64,000 nt of DNA from Candidatus Enterousia sp. (GTDB lineage Bacteria > Pseudomonadota > Alphaproteobacteria > Rs-D84): the NCBI GenBank assembly GCA_045617905.1, contig JAZLJO010000005.1, forward strand, positions 18,211 through 82,210, given 5' to 3'. The translations under genes and the position numbers were made by a program. The notes under the pieces were generated by a model. It had not been told where the DNA came from. It saw only the letters and a program-made list of their open reading frames with translations, and searched no databases. Positions 45,389-55,942 of the stretch are shown here, piece by piece; within the stretch, counting starts at the first letter, position 1; each line of letters starts with the position of its first letter.

Positions 45389-46954
45389 TTATTTTATATT
45401 TTCGTTTTTAATTTTCATTAAATAATTTTGTACACGATTTATTGCATATTGTGCATTTGTATAACCATTTCTTAGTGCCAGTTCATAGTTTTTTTGTGCT
45501 GTTTCTAACATCCGAATCCGTTCATCAATAACATTTTTTGACATTGCCTTTTTTTCATATGCACATCCTGCATTATTATATGCAAAAACGTATTGACTTT
45601 TATCTGTCTTATAATTGTCGTGTAATCTGTTTTGTGTCCACAAAATATCACGTGAATTTTCAATTACCAAATCATAACGATTTGTCTTTAAATAAATCAA
45701 CGATAAATTGTTTTTTAATAATGCATATCTTTCAGGATATTCTTTAATCAAATCATTTATTTTTATTTCTGCAACATTGTACCATCCATTATGATAACAC
45801 CACATTATATCTGCATACCGTGAATTATAATCGGTTCCAACACTGTCTTCGGTCCAACAAATTTGATACGGGGTTCGCTGACTGTGCATTTTTGGTTTCA
45901 TCGTCTGAATAGCGGCGGCCACATTTTTTGGCATGTATTTAACAGATCGTTGTGTTTGCGTTGTTATATCTAAGCCATCTTTATTAACAGGATTTTTTAA
46001 CCAATCATTAAATTTTTTATACATATCACGCCGAACACTGATAACACCGTTTTTATCCGTATTCCACAAACAATCTTTTGTTCCACCAACGGTTGCATAA
46101 AAATCATATACCCCACCGGCAGGACACTGCATCAACATCTGTGGTGTTATATCGCCGGTTAATAAACCAGCTTCGATCCAACGACGTGCACGCAAACCGG
46201 CCCCCCCACGTTGGTATTCCCCCAACAAATCCGCTAAAATTTGTGCTGATTCACCATTTTTCCACGCCAAACCAAATTTTTCCAATGCAACTGGTGGATA
46301 TTGGGCAAACCGTTGTTCAACGATACTGTCTGGTAAATTTGCACCATAATTTTTAAAATCTTGACGCAATAATTCAAATCTGTTTTTACAATTTTTGTCA
46401 TTGTTATCTTCGATTAAGCGACTGCCTGAATTATACATAATACTGGTCATTGCCATAATTTCGCGTTCCGACAATTTATCAATTTTACCAAAGGCAACTG
46501 CATAACAAAACAATGTAAAATATGTTTCATTACATTCAATATGCCATTTGGCGGTATTATATGCCACAGAATCATTTATTGCCGCGGTATGTTGCGTTAC
46601 ACTACGACCATTTTGCAATACTGTATTCCCAAATCCAATTGTCATTTGCTTATTACCGTCATCATAAACCCGGTGCAAACCATCTGAATTTAAACGAACA
46701 CCTTCGACGGCAATTATATTTGCAATAGAAAATGGCGTTAAAGGTTCACATTTTCCAACAAATGAATCATATGTATGATATGCCGGATGATTTTCAACAT
46801 TATGTTTTTCTGTAGACCATTTCAAAATCATTGTTCCAACAACCAATCCCCCCAATGCCAACATAATCGTTAAGTATTGTTTTGGATTTATTTTTTTTGC
46901 CGATAACCATAATAATACATTGTATTTTTCTGACATTTTATCCCCATTTTTCAC
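45389..46954 (-). CDS. Membrane-anchored GH24 (T4-type) lysozyme-like protein with TPR-like C-terminus
   Basis: TM helix YLTIMLALGGLVVGTMIL. IAVEGVRLNSDGLHRVYDDGNKQMTIGFGNT fits the E...D...T-I-G-x-G lysozyme signature. The C-terminal part is helical-repeat-like (…AYNNAGCAYEKK…YELALRNGY). Confidence 0.55.
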   Translation of the reverse strand: MKNGDKMSEKYNVLLWLSAKKINPKQYLTIMLALGGLVVGTMILKWSTEKHNVENHPAYHTYDSFVGKCEPLTPFSIANIIAVEGVRLNSDGLHRVYDDGNKQMTIGFGNTVLQNGRSVTQHTAAINDSVAYNTAKWHIECNETYFTLFCYAVAFGKIDKLSEREIMAMTSIMYNSGSRLIEDNNDKNCKNRFELLRQDFKNYGANLPDSIVEQRFAQYPPVALEKFGLAWKNGESAQILADLLGEYQRGGAGLRARRWIEAGLLTGDITPQMLMQCPAGGVYDFYATVGGTKDCLWNTDKNGVISVRRDMYKKFNDWLKNPVNKDGLDITTQTQRSVKYMPKNVAAAIQTMKPKMHSQRTPYQICWTEDSVGTDYNSRYADIMWCYHNGWYNVAEIKINDLIKEYPERYALLKNNLSLIYLKTNRYDLVIENSRDILWTQNRLHDNYKTDKSQYVFAYNNAGCAYEKKAMSKNVIDERIRMLETAQKNYELALRNGYTNAQYAINRVQNYLMKIKNENIK

Positions 46955-47046
46955 ATATTTTTATCCGTTGATAAATCGTTATAAATTTAATACAATACCC
47001 ACAATATAGAACAATTTTTAAATAAAATCAAAAATATATCACAAAA

Positions 47047-48327
47047 ATGAAAAACGAAAATAGACCTTTGGCAGATTTAATGCGACCACAAAACATTGAT
47101 GATGTTGTTGGCCAAACCGCATTATTGGGCGAAAATGGTTTGGTCCGTAAAATGGTTGATAATCAACGTTTATCAAATTTAATTTTATGGGGACCGCCGG
47201 GATGCGGAAAAACAACGATTGCACGGGCATTGGCCAATTCTGTCGACATGGATTTTGTTCCAATGTCTGCTGTGTTTTCTGGAACTGCAGATGTAAAAAA
47301 AACTATGGATGCGGCACGCATCAACCGTGATATCGGTCGCAACACATTGTTATTCATAGATGAAATTCACCGTTTTAATAAAACACAACAAGACACATTA
47401 TTACCATATTTGGAAGATGGAACGGTTGTATTTATCGGTGCGACGACAGAAAATCCCAGTTTTAATTTAAATAATGCATTATTATCACGATGCCATATTG
47501 GTGTCCTGCAGTCGTTATCAGATGACGATCTAGAAACGTTGATTGAACGCGCCGAAAATTTTTTGGATATTAAATTGCCATTGGATGAAAATGCCCGCAA
47601 ACATTTGGCACAAATTGCCGATGGTGACGCCAGATTTTTATTAAATACAATTGAATATTTGGCAAACGCAAATTTTACTGTGCAACTAGATTCCGAAATG
47701 TTGGATGGCGTTATACAAAAACGTTCCCCATTGTCAGACAAAAGTGGTGATGAACATTATAATTTAATATCAGCGGTTCATAAATCATTACGTGCATCAG
47801 ATACCGATGCCGCATTGTATTGGGTTGCACGCATGATGACATCTGGTCAAGACCCGATGTATCTATTCAGACGTTTGGCACGATTTGCAATGGAAGATGT
47901 TGGTTTAGCAGACCCAAACGCAATGCAAATTGCATTGGCCGCATGGCAATTATATGAACGTATTGGCAGTCCTGAGGGTGATCTGGCCCTGACAGAATTA
48001 GTTATATATTTAGGTACCGCCCCAAAAAGTATTGGAAATTACCGTGCACAAAAGGCAGCGTATGCGGTCGCACGTGAAACGGGCAGTGTTCCACCACCAA
48101 AAAACATTCTGAACGCGCCAACAAAAATGATGAAAAATTTGGGTTATGGTGACGGATATATATACGACCCAGATACACCAACAGGTTTTTCTGGACAAAA
48201 TTGTTTTCCAGAATCAATGTCCCGTCAAAAATTTTATTATCCTATTGAACGCGGTTTCGAACGTGAAATAAAAAAACGTTTAGAATATTGGGATGCAATG
48301 CGTGAAAAAATAAATCCTAAAAAATAA
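47047..48327 (+). CDS. rarA: Replication-associated recombination protein A (AAA+ ATPase)
   Basis: LWGPPGCGKTT, LFIDEIHRFNK, C-terminal MgsA block HYNLISAVHKSLRASD. Confidence 0.9.
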   Translation: MKNENRPLADLMRPQNIDDVVGQTALLGENGLVRKMVDNQRLSNLILWGPPGCGKTTIARALANSVDMDFVPMSAVFSGTADVKKTMDAARINRDIGRNTLLFIDEIHRFNKTQQDTLLPYLEDGTVVFIGATTENPSFNLNNALLSRCHIGVLQSLSDDDLETLIERAENFLDIKLPLDENARKHLAQIADGDARFLLNTIEYLANANFTVQLDSEMLDGVIQKRSPLSDKSGDEHYNLISAVHKSLRASDTDAALYWVARMMTSGQDPMYLFRRLARFAMEDVGLADPNAMQIALAAWQLYERIGSPEGDLALTELVIYLGTAPKSIGNYRAQKAAYAVARETGSVPPPKNILNAPTKMMKNLGYGDGYIYDPDTPTGFSGQNCFPESMSRQKFYYPIERGFEREIKKRLEYWDAMREKINPKK

Positions 48328-48352
48328 AAATGGGGCATAACCTGCACCTTTT

Positions 48353-49069
48353 TTAAAACAGTATGTTTATGCGAAAACCAACTTGGGCATTTTCACTTTC
48401 AAATTCGTAATCAACGTGCCCAATATATTGTGTACGGCCATATTGACGAATTATTTTTCCACCCAGCCATTCTTGGTTATACGCCGGCGTTGTAGCTTTG
48501 CGCCACATAAAATCAGCCCCCAAACGCCATGGTCCAATTCTGAAATACGCCTGTGGCATTAAATCAATATAGGCCATTCCACGTGCATCATCAAATACCC
48601 AACTGGATTTTACCGTTGCAGCCAACGTTAATACAGACCATTGACGTGCCAATCGCAATCCCGCATAATATGTAGAATCCGCATAATATGGCGTCCGCAC
48701 AGTATCCGATCCACCAATCAACACACCAAACAGTGCATCAGATACAACATTAGCACCGTTTTTCATGGTTGATGCCAATCGATACTGTCCACCAACATCA
48801 ACACTGGAAAAGCCATCCTGATCACCATCAAAATCAATTTGATAATGTGCCTTGGCACCTAAACTGAAACGATTTGTTGCACCATATGAAAATGCCTGAC
48901 CAAATTTTAATACATCATCCATAAATGATATATATGTTTGTGATAAAAATTCGTCTTGGCCCAATAAAAACGCCGGATCTGACGTATCACGCGACAACCT
49001 GTCTGTTGCAGAAAACGCACTGTTAACACAGACAAAAACACTAATTATAAAAAATACTATTTTACGCAT
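48353..49069 (-). CDS. Outer-membrane beta-barrel protein, unknown function
   Basis: Signal peptide MRKIVFFIISVFVCVNSAFS, aromatic-rich alternating strands, C-terminal ...FRINILF. Confidence 0.6.
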   Translation of the reverse strand: MRKIVFFIISVFVCVNSAFSATDRLSRDTSDPAFLLGQDEFLSQTYISFMDDVLKFGQAFSYGATNRFSLGAKAHYQIDFDGDQDGFSSVDVGGQYRLASTMKNGANVVSDALFGVLIGGSDTVRTPYYADSTYYAGLRLARQWSVLTLAATVKSSWVFDDARGMAYIDLMPQAYFRIGPWRLGADFMWRKATTPAYNQEWLGGKIIRQYGRTQYIGHVDYEFESENAQVGFRINILF

Positions 49070-49135
49070 TTTATTTCCCCTATGACAAATACCCAAAGGT
49101 ACATAATTTCAAATTAAAACTATGTACCTAATTTA

Positions 49136-50350
49136 TTAAAAATACAAGAATGCCTGAACACCAAACGATAATTCTGATTTATTTTCTATTTTATATTTAC
49201 CTTCTTCGTGAACCAAATTAGCCGGACTATCATACCCATCCATAAAATAATCAAACTTTGAACCGTTTGCACTGTCATATACAGATGTTTTTGCGTATAA
49301 ATTCAGGCCCAACCAATCATTTGGTTGCCATCCAATCGCCGCTTTTAATGACAACATATTGTGCCAATCATAATAACCATACAGTGCTTCGGCATTTAAT
49401 GTCCAATCTTCATCCATTACGGTAAAGACGCCAATACCGCCTTCGGCATAAATTATACTGTCCGCATGTGTTCCCTGACCCAAAACCAACGATGACGGGC
49501 CATAATCATTTTCACCGGCCATATAATTGCCATAAAAATCACCATCATACGAATAATACCAACCACGGCCAACACCATATACAGTTGATGACGCAACCTT
49601 GTACCCGGCACGAAAATCCAAAGCAAATACATCTGCCTTAAAATCACCACGCGCATAGTTATAATATCCAGATAATGTTGCAATGCCACGATCTGTATCC
49701 AGAACACGCCATTGTGCACCAATGTTTATCGAATTCAAATCACTGCTGTCGCTGGTCGCACTATCCAAACCATCAAATTTCATTTTGTACTTATTGGCAC
49801 TGTATTGTCCCCCCACAGCCAATGCGAAGGTATCTGTTAAACCAACGCTAACCGTTTCCTGAACAACCAATTGATTAGTTTTCCAATTTGAATCTGGATA
49901 TAGATTTGTCGAACCAACCGGCTGCATTTTAAAATCAAATGCATCGTTATAGTACGAAATATCTGTAGCTGATGCAAATTTACCCTTTAACGGTTGAAAA
50001 AACGGATGCGCCAGAAAATATTTACGTTTTAATTCCGTCCGGTATGTTTCCGCACGCGATGTACGTACAGTCTGCATTCCATTGTGATTTGCTGTATATT
50101 GTTTATACAATTGACTGCGATCAGATGGTTTTGTGTAATAAATATTGCGAGCATCTTGGGCATCATATGTTTTTGTCGATGTACGTGTTTCATACTTTTC
50201 ATAATCAACGTTTACACGCGTACGAACTGATGGATTGCCTGTAAAATCGGCCACAGATGCGCCATTCATTCCAGAATTTGTCGCAGCCCACACAGGCGCC
50301 ATACCAAAAACCGCAACCGCCCAAATGAACAAAGACATTTGTTTTTGCAT
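49136..50350 (-). CDS. Outer-membrane beta-barrel protein, unknown function
   Basis: Signal peptide ...FGMAPVWA. 404 aa rich in Y/G/S/N strands, C-terminal ...VQAFLYF. Confidence 0.6.
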   Translation of the reverse strand: MQKQMSLFIWAVAVFGMAPVWAATNSGMNGASVADFTGNPSVRTRVNVDYEKYETRTSTKTYDAQDARNIYYTKPSDRSQLYKQYTANHNGMQTVRTSRAETYRTELKRKYFLAHPFFQPLKGKFASATDISYYNDAFDFKMQPVGSTNLYPDSNWKTNQLVVQETVSVGLTDTFALAVGGQYSANKYKMKFDGLDSATSDSSDLNSINIGAQWRVLDTDRGIATLSGYYNYARGDFKADVFALDFRAGYKVASSTVYGVGRGWYYSYDGDFYGNYMAGENDYGPSSLVLGQGTHADSIIYAEGGIGVFTVMDEDWTLNAEALYGYYDWHNMLSLKAAIGWQPNDWLGLNLYAKTSVYDSANGSKFDYFMDGYDSPANLVHEEGKYKIENKSELSFGVQAFLYF

Positions 50351-50461
50351 GTTAAAAAACTCCTTTTGTTGGGTTAATTATACCACAAAAAACGAATCGA
50401 AAAAAGCACAAAATATATTCAAATATCCCAACGAAACCGGTATTTTAATACCACTTTTTTA

Positions 50462-52747
50462 TTACAAAATATGACGTTTATTATTAGCATCTGGGGCACT
50501 AACAACGCCTTCTTGTTCCATGCGTTCAATAAAACCAGCCGCCTTGTTATATCCAATGCTTAAACGACGTTGAATATATGAAATTGTTGGTTTTTTATCA
50601 CGTAAAACAATTTCTTTGGCCTGTTCATATAAATCACCGTCTTTATTAGCCTTGACTGCAGTTGTTCCACCACCAGATGCAACATCTGTATCACCGCTGT
50701 CACCGTCTGTAACACCACTGGCATATTCCGGTGTACCTTGAGTGCGTAAGAAATTGCCAATTTTTGTTAATTCCATATCTGAAATAAATGCCCCATGTAT
50801 ACGTACGGGTTGCAAACCGCCTTCACTAAATAACATATCACCACATGACAATAATTGTTCTGCCCCTTTGTCCCCCAGGGTTGTCATACTGTCAATATAA
50901 CTGCGTGCCTGGAATGAAACACGTGTTGGGAAATTGGCCTTTATCACACCAGTAATAGTGGTGGCGTCTGGACGCTGGGTTGCCATCACCAAATGAATAC
51001 CACAGGCACGTGCCTTTTGCGCTATGCGCTGAATACACGCCTCGACATCCTTACGGGCCAATGACATTAAATCTGCAACCTCGTCAATAACGATTACGAT
51101 ATATGCCCACGGTGACATGTCAATTTCTTTGGTTTCAAACAATATTTCACCTGTTTCTTCATCCGTTCCAACCGCAACCTGTTGGGTTAAAACCTCGCCA
51201 TTTGCACGTTTCTGTGCCATAATCTTGTTATATGTGGTAAAATCACGTGCATTAACAAACGCCATACGCTTATATCGATCATCCATTTCGCGTACCGCCC
51301 ATTTTAATGCATTCACGGCTGCAACTGGATCCAATTTTACAATTGGTGTTATTAAATGTGGAATATCGTCCCAAAATCCAAAATCAACCCCTTTGGGATC
51401 AATAATCATCAATTTACATTTATCTGGCGTAAAATGGTAAACAATCGATGTTATAATTGACTGCACAAATACAGATTTACCCGATCCAGTACGTCCTGCA
51501 ATTAACATATGGGGCATTTTCGCTAAATCGTAATACATTGGATTTCCGCCAATATTTACACCCAACGCCAATGGAATTTTATATTTAGAATTAACAAACA
51601 TCGGATCTTCAATCAACGATCGGTATTTTACAGTTTGGCGGTTCAAATTCACCATTTCAACACCAATCAATGTCGTCCCCGGAATATGTGCGATACGAAT
51701 ATTATGTGTCGCCATTTCACGTATCATATCTTCAACAGTATCTTTAACCTTAGACATACGTGTTCCAGATTCCAATTCAAATTCATACAATGTAACAATT
51801 GGTCCAGGTCTTATTCCAACAACAGATCCCTTTACACCAAATTCTGCGAAATGAATTTCCATTGCTTTAGCATTTTGTTTTAATTCCGGTGTTACAATAT
51901 TTTTACCAAAATTTGAACGTTCCAAAAACGCTGGATCAGGCAATTTATATTCTGCAATATCTGCAGCCATAACATTTTGATTATCATTACGTGCCGCAGC
52001 ACGGCCAACACGTTTTTTTGAACCCGCATGTTGGCCCCCACCCCTTTTTTGTATATGTTCCACCGTATCTGTCACAGAAACGGTATTTTCTTCATCAGCA
52101 TCATTATATTCTTCATCGACTATATTGGTTATCGCATTAATTTTTGGACGTGGCGAATATGGTATTAAATGGAACACAGACAATATCCAACGTAACGTTT
52201 GCAATATAATACGTGCCAATGCAATAACATGAACCCATTTTATATGCAACAAAACGGATGCTAAAAATAAAAATATTGTTAAACATAAAATACCTATTAT
52301 GCTGCTAAATGCCCCAAATACACTATTAATGTCCATTGCAACAATACTGCCAATCAATCCACCAAATGGAACCGATGGTAAAATCAAACCAAAACCTGCC
52401 GCTCCAAAACATATTGCAACAAAAAAACGCAATACATTATATTCGGGGGCAGAATATTCACTTACCCCAAATAGCCACGATATTCCCCAACGAAGTAAAC
52501 ATAAATATGTAAACATAGACGGAACAAAACCAATACAATAACGTATAAAACCGACAAATTGCCCAGTAACTGTTTGATTACCAAACGTACTGGCCGTGGA
52601 AAAACCGTCCAAATACTGATTATATGAAAATAACGCGAACAATAACCATATACCTAATACACATAAAAAACCACCAAACATATGGCGTATTATACTTTTT
52701 AATGCCCCAGAAATACTATCTGGTAATAATTTAGATCCATTTTCCAT
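50462..52747 (-). CDS. ftsK: DNA translocase FtsK
   Basis: N-terminal TM helices, motor domain MPHMLIAGRTGSGKS, C-terminal gamma winged helix ...YIQRRLSIGYNKAAGFIERME. Confidence 0.95.
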   Translation of the reverse strand: MENGSKLLPDSISGALKSIIRHMFGGFLCVLGIWLLFALFSYNQYLDGFSTASTFGNQTVTGQFVGFIRYCIGFVPSMFTYLCLLRWGISWLFGVSEYSAPEYNVLRFFVAICFGAAGFGLILPSVPFGGLIGSIVAMDINSVFGAFSSIIGILCLTIFLFLASVLLHIKWVHVIALARIILQTLRWILSVFHLIPYSPRPKINAITNIVDEEYNDADEENTVSVTDTVEHIQKRGGGQHAGSKKRVGRAAARNDNQNVMAADIAEYKLPDPAFLERSNFGKNIVTPELKQNAKAMEIHFAEFGVKGSVVGIRPGPIVTLYEFELESGTRMSKVKDTVEDMIREMATHNIRIAHIPGTTLIGVEMVNLNRQTVKYRSLIEDPMFVNSKYKIPLALGVNIGGNPMYYDLAKMPHMLIAGRTGSGKSVFVQSIITSIVYHFTPDKCKLMIIDPKGVDFGFWDDIPHLITPIVKLDPVAAVNALKWAVREMDDRYKRMAFVNARDFTTYNKIMAQKRANGEVLTQQVAVGTDEETGEILFETKEIDMSPWAYIVIVIDEVADLMSLARKDVEACIQRIAQKARACGIHLVMATQRPDATTITGVIKANFPTRVSFQARSYIDSMTTLGDKGAEQLLSCGDMLFSEGGLQPVRIHGAFISDMELTKIGNFLRTQGTPEYASGVTDGDSGDTDVASGGGTTAVKANKDGDLYEQAKEIVLRDKKPTISYIQRRLSIGYNKAAGFIERMEQEGVVSAPDANNKRHIL

Positions 52748-52810
52748 GTCTTGTATTTTATCACAAAAAAATCAAAAAAGCGAAACCAAACATATAAATA
52801 GTGTGTAATT

Positions 52811-53515
52811 TTATTTTTTATATTCAAAATGTTTCAAATATGCCATTACAAAATCTGCACATATCATACCAATAAATGCCCCAAACAAAACATCTGTTGG
52901 CCAATGCGCCCCAACAGCCACCCGCGACATCCCAACAACAATTGCCACAGTCCATGTTGCAGGTTTTAAATTTGGCATCAACAAACCTAACATAACCAAC
53001 CCAGCAAAAGATGCCGCTGCATGTCCAGATGGCATTGAATTATATGCCCAGTCTGTCGATATCGGATAAAAACCAATCATATCCAAAGCTTCAAAAAACA
53101 CAGGACGCGCACGCCCGATAACAGCTTTTAACAAAACAGTTATAACACTGGCCATAAAGACTGAGCAAAATATAAAAAATGCATAATTACGCCTTGTTTT
53201 TTCTATAAAATCAATGCAAATTGATTTTATTTTGATTTTTTTTATAAAATTCAAAACATTATCAAATGATTTTACTGTTTTTTTTACATAAACAATCAAA
53301 ATTAATAACCCTGTTATCAGCAACCATATTTTTGCATCGAAAATGTGTCCAAAGTATTCCCATAAAACACAATTTAAATTACGCACAAATAAAAATACAG
53401 GATAATCAAACCACCCCACCCCAGCAATAATTGTTAGCATAACACCCATTGCTGAAAATCCAACCAAACTCCATTTAATCTTGTTATCAGATGTTAAAAA
53501 CATAGCTGCCCCCAC
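52811..53515 (-). CDS. PAP2 family phosphatase (membrane)
   Basis: KAVIGRARP, PSGHAAASF, SRVAVGAHWPTDV. Confidence 0.8.
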   Translation of the reverse strand: MGAAMFLTSDNKIKWSLVGFSAMGVMLTIIAGVGWFDYPVFLFVRNLNCVLWEYFGHIFDAKIWLLITGLLILIVYVKKTVKSFDNVLNFIKKIKIKSICIDFIEKTRRNYAFFIFCSVFMASVITVLLKAVIGRARPVFFEALDMIGFYPISTDWAYNSMPSGHAAASFAGLVMLGLLMPNLKPATWTVAIVVGMSRVAVGAHWPTDVLFGAFIGMICADFVMAYLKHFEYKK

Positions 53516-53524
53516 AATAAAACA

Positions 53525-55030
53525 CTATTCAGCAATCAATCTGCTGTAAACAACTTTGTCTGTTAATACCTTCATCGCCACCGCTGCCGAAATAAAATCT
53601 TCATCTGCCCCACTGGTAATTGTTGGACACCCACGCCTAATCGTCGCTACATCAACATCTTTATCACGATTATAATCGTGTGCCTGAAAATCATTATTAA
53701 CAACGTTCAAAAAGAACGCATTTTGTTGTGAATTTGTCCGTATATTCGATAAACATACAATTGGGAATACCCCCACGCCATCTATTTTGCGTCCATTTCC
53801 GGTTTTTAACGATTTATTTAGTAATTCCAATGCACCGCCATCATTTAAATTGATGCGTGTCGCTATGCGGGCGCTGCCAGCGGTTGGTGTACCAATTAAT
53901 ACGCCACGTTTATTTTCATAAAACGCGGATACAACCGCCTCGGCCGTTCCACGTGTTTGGTCTGACATTAAAACAATAACATTTGCATGTGTTACTGCAT
54001 CACCACCTGGAACAACCTCAACCTCGGCACGGGCGGTTTCAACAATTCGCATGATTGGGTGAGCACCGATAAACAATCCTGCAAATTTTGCAGCGGCACG
54101 TTCATCATCGCCCGATGCTGCACGCAAATCCAAAACGATACCAGACAGATTTGGATATGTAGCCAAGGCCTCATTTACAATAGAAACCGCATTATCAGAA
54201 ATTCTGTGAACAAATATTTCTAAAAATTCTCCTTCATTTCCATTTGAACGATGAACAATATCTGCATCGGCTAATACAATTGTTGCACGGCGCAATACAA
54301 CGTCGCGATTTCCGGTTGGTGTCAATAAATGTAACTTTGACGTTCCAGAATTAAATCCAGTTAATACAGATTCCATATCCGCATCCGTCATATCATGGAC
54401 AGAACGACCATTTATTTCGGATATCAAATCCCCAGAACGAACCCCCGCAATATCTGCTGGGGATCCTTTAAAAACCCCATGAACACGCCAATTACTACGT
54501 TCGTCACGAGATCCTGTCAATCCAAGACTGGTTAATATTCGTCCATCTTCATTAACTTCGGCTGCGCGCGAATAAATATAGCGTCCTTTTTCATCAATCC
54601 CCCGTGTTAAACACGACACAACACGCTGGTATATTTCATTAGGACTGGCCCTGTGCAAATCTATATCATTTGCACGCATTTTTAATATTAACGCAGTGGT
54701 AATTTCACCAAACCCCTTCCAATCACGGGCCACAGGGCGTGGATAATTGGCGATTATAGAATCCCGCCAAACCAATACAACACGTTCGTCTGTTGCTGCA
54801 ATATGGGCATTTGAATTCAATTTTTCTAAACTTTCAATTGCTATATTAATATTTTTTCCGCCCCAGCTGACACCATCTAATTTTTCAAAAATTTCTGCAA
54901 ATGTTGCAGACATATCAAAAACCGGCACCCCGTCTTGAATTGGTTCATCCTCAAAAAATAAACTATCACCATATGTGGGCACAGTTGCCAAAAATAAAGT
55001 TCCCAATAAAAACAAATTATACAATTTCAT
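53525..55030 (-). CDS. S41 (C-terminal processing) peptidase-like protein with PDZ domain; catalytic residues apparently substituted
   Basis: PDZ GVRSGDLISEINGRSV, S41 scaffold IVLDLRAASG...VIVLMSDQTRGTAEAVVSAF...IGTPTAGSA. Start chosen at MKLYNLF (signal-like); an alternative ATG is at 55042. Confidence 0.75.
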   Translation of the reverse strand: MKLYNLFLLGTLFLATVPTYGDSLFFEDEPIQDGVPVFDMSATFAEIFEKLDGVSWGGKNINIAIESLEKLNSNAHIAATDERVVLVWRDSIIANYPRPVARDWKGFGEITTALILKMRANDIDLHRASPNEIYQRVVSCLTRGIDEKGRYIYSRAAEVNEDGRILTSLGLTGSRDERSNWRVHGVFKGSPADIAGVRSGDLISEINGRSVHDMTDADMESVLTGFNSGTSKLHLLTPTGNRDVVLRRATIVLADADIVHRSNGNEGEFLEIFVHRISDNAVSIVNEALATYPNLSGIVLDLRAASGDDERAAAKFAGLFIGAHPIMRIVETARAEVEVVPGGDAVTHANVIVLMSDQTRGTAEAVVSAFYENKRGVLIGTPTAGSARIATRINLNDGGALELLNKSLKTGNGRKIDGVGVFPIVCLSNIRTNSQQNAFFLNVVNNDFQAHDYNRDKDVDVATIRRGCPTITSGADEDFISAAVAMKVLTDKVVYSRLIAE

Positions 55031-55067
55031 TTTCAACCCCATATTTTGGACAGTGCCAACATATATC

Positions 55068-55940
55068 CTAATATTGCGTATCACGTAAATTAAAATGATA
55101 CAAAACAACATTTGAAATATAAATACTGGTTAAAGTTCCCATTATAATTGAAAATGTCATTGCTATTGCAAAATCATGTAACATTAATCCACCAAATGCA
55201 TACAAACCAATCATTGCTAAAATTGTTGAAACACTGGTCATAACAGTACGGCGCAACATTTCATTAACAGACAAATCAATCAAATCACTCATCGGCATTT
55301 TGTGGTATTTTTTAATATTTTCATCAATTCTGTCATAGTTTACAACTTTGTCATTAATGGAATAACCTATACCCATCAAAATAACCGCAATTGCTGTTTG
55401 ATTGAATTCCAATCCTGCAATAGAAAAGAAACCAAACATCAATATAAAATCCAAAATCAATGAAACAAACGACCCAACTGCATAACCACCACGATATCGA
55501 ATCCAAATATAAATACTCATCAATACAAAAGATACCAATATCGCTAAAATACCACCACGAACCAGTTCACCACCTATTTTTGGTCCAACAATCTGAACCT
55601 GGGCATATTCAACCTGATTACCTAAAATCTGCTTTATCTCAGCAACCCTGGTATTCTGTTCGGCATCTGTTGCCCCCTTTGGTAAACCAACACGTATTAA
55701 AATTGAATTACTGTCAACAGATTGTAATTCTGGACTAAACGCCGCCAAATCATGGCGCATTTTATCAACCGTCATATCGGTTGATACTGGTGTTACCTCC
55801 ATCGATATGCCGCCAGAAAAATCGATTCCGTAATTCAATCCACGCGTAAATAACGACACAATCGATAACGCAACCAATATTCCCGAAACCCAATACGATA
55901 ATTTACGATATTTCATAAAATGGAATTTCATTACTGCCAC
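55068..55940 (-). CDS. secF: Protein translocase subunit SecF
   Basis: 290 aa. NYGIDFSGG, 6-TM profile, directly after secD. Confidence 0.9.
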   Translation of the reverse strand: MAVMKFHFMKYRKLSYWVSGILVALSIVSLFTRGLNYGIDFSGGISMEVTPVSTDMTVDKMRHDLAAFSPELQSVDSNSILIRVGLPKGATDAEQNTRVAEIKQILGNQVEYAQVQIVGPKIGGELVRGGILAILVSFVLMSIYIWIRYRGGYAVGSFVSLILDFILMFGFFSIAGLEFNQTAIAVILMGIGYSINDKVVNYDRIDENIKKYHKMPMSDLIDLSVNEMLRRTVMTSVSTILAMIGLYAFGGLMLHDFAIAMTFSIIMGTLTSIYISNVVLYHFNLRDTQY

Positions 55941-55942
55941 CT

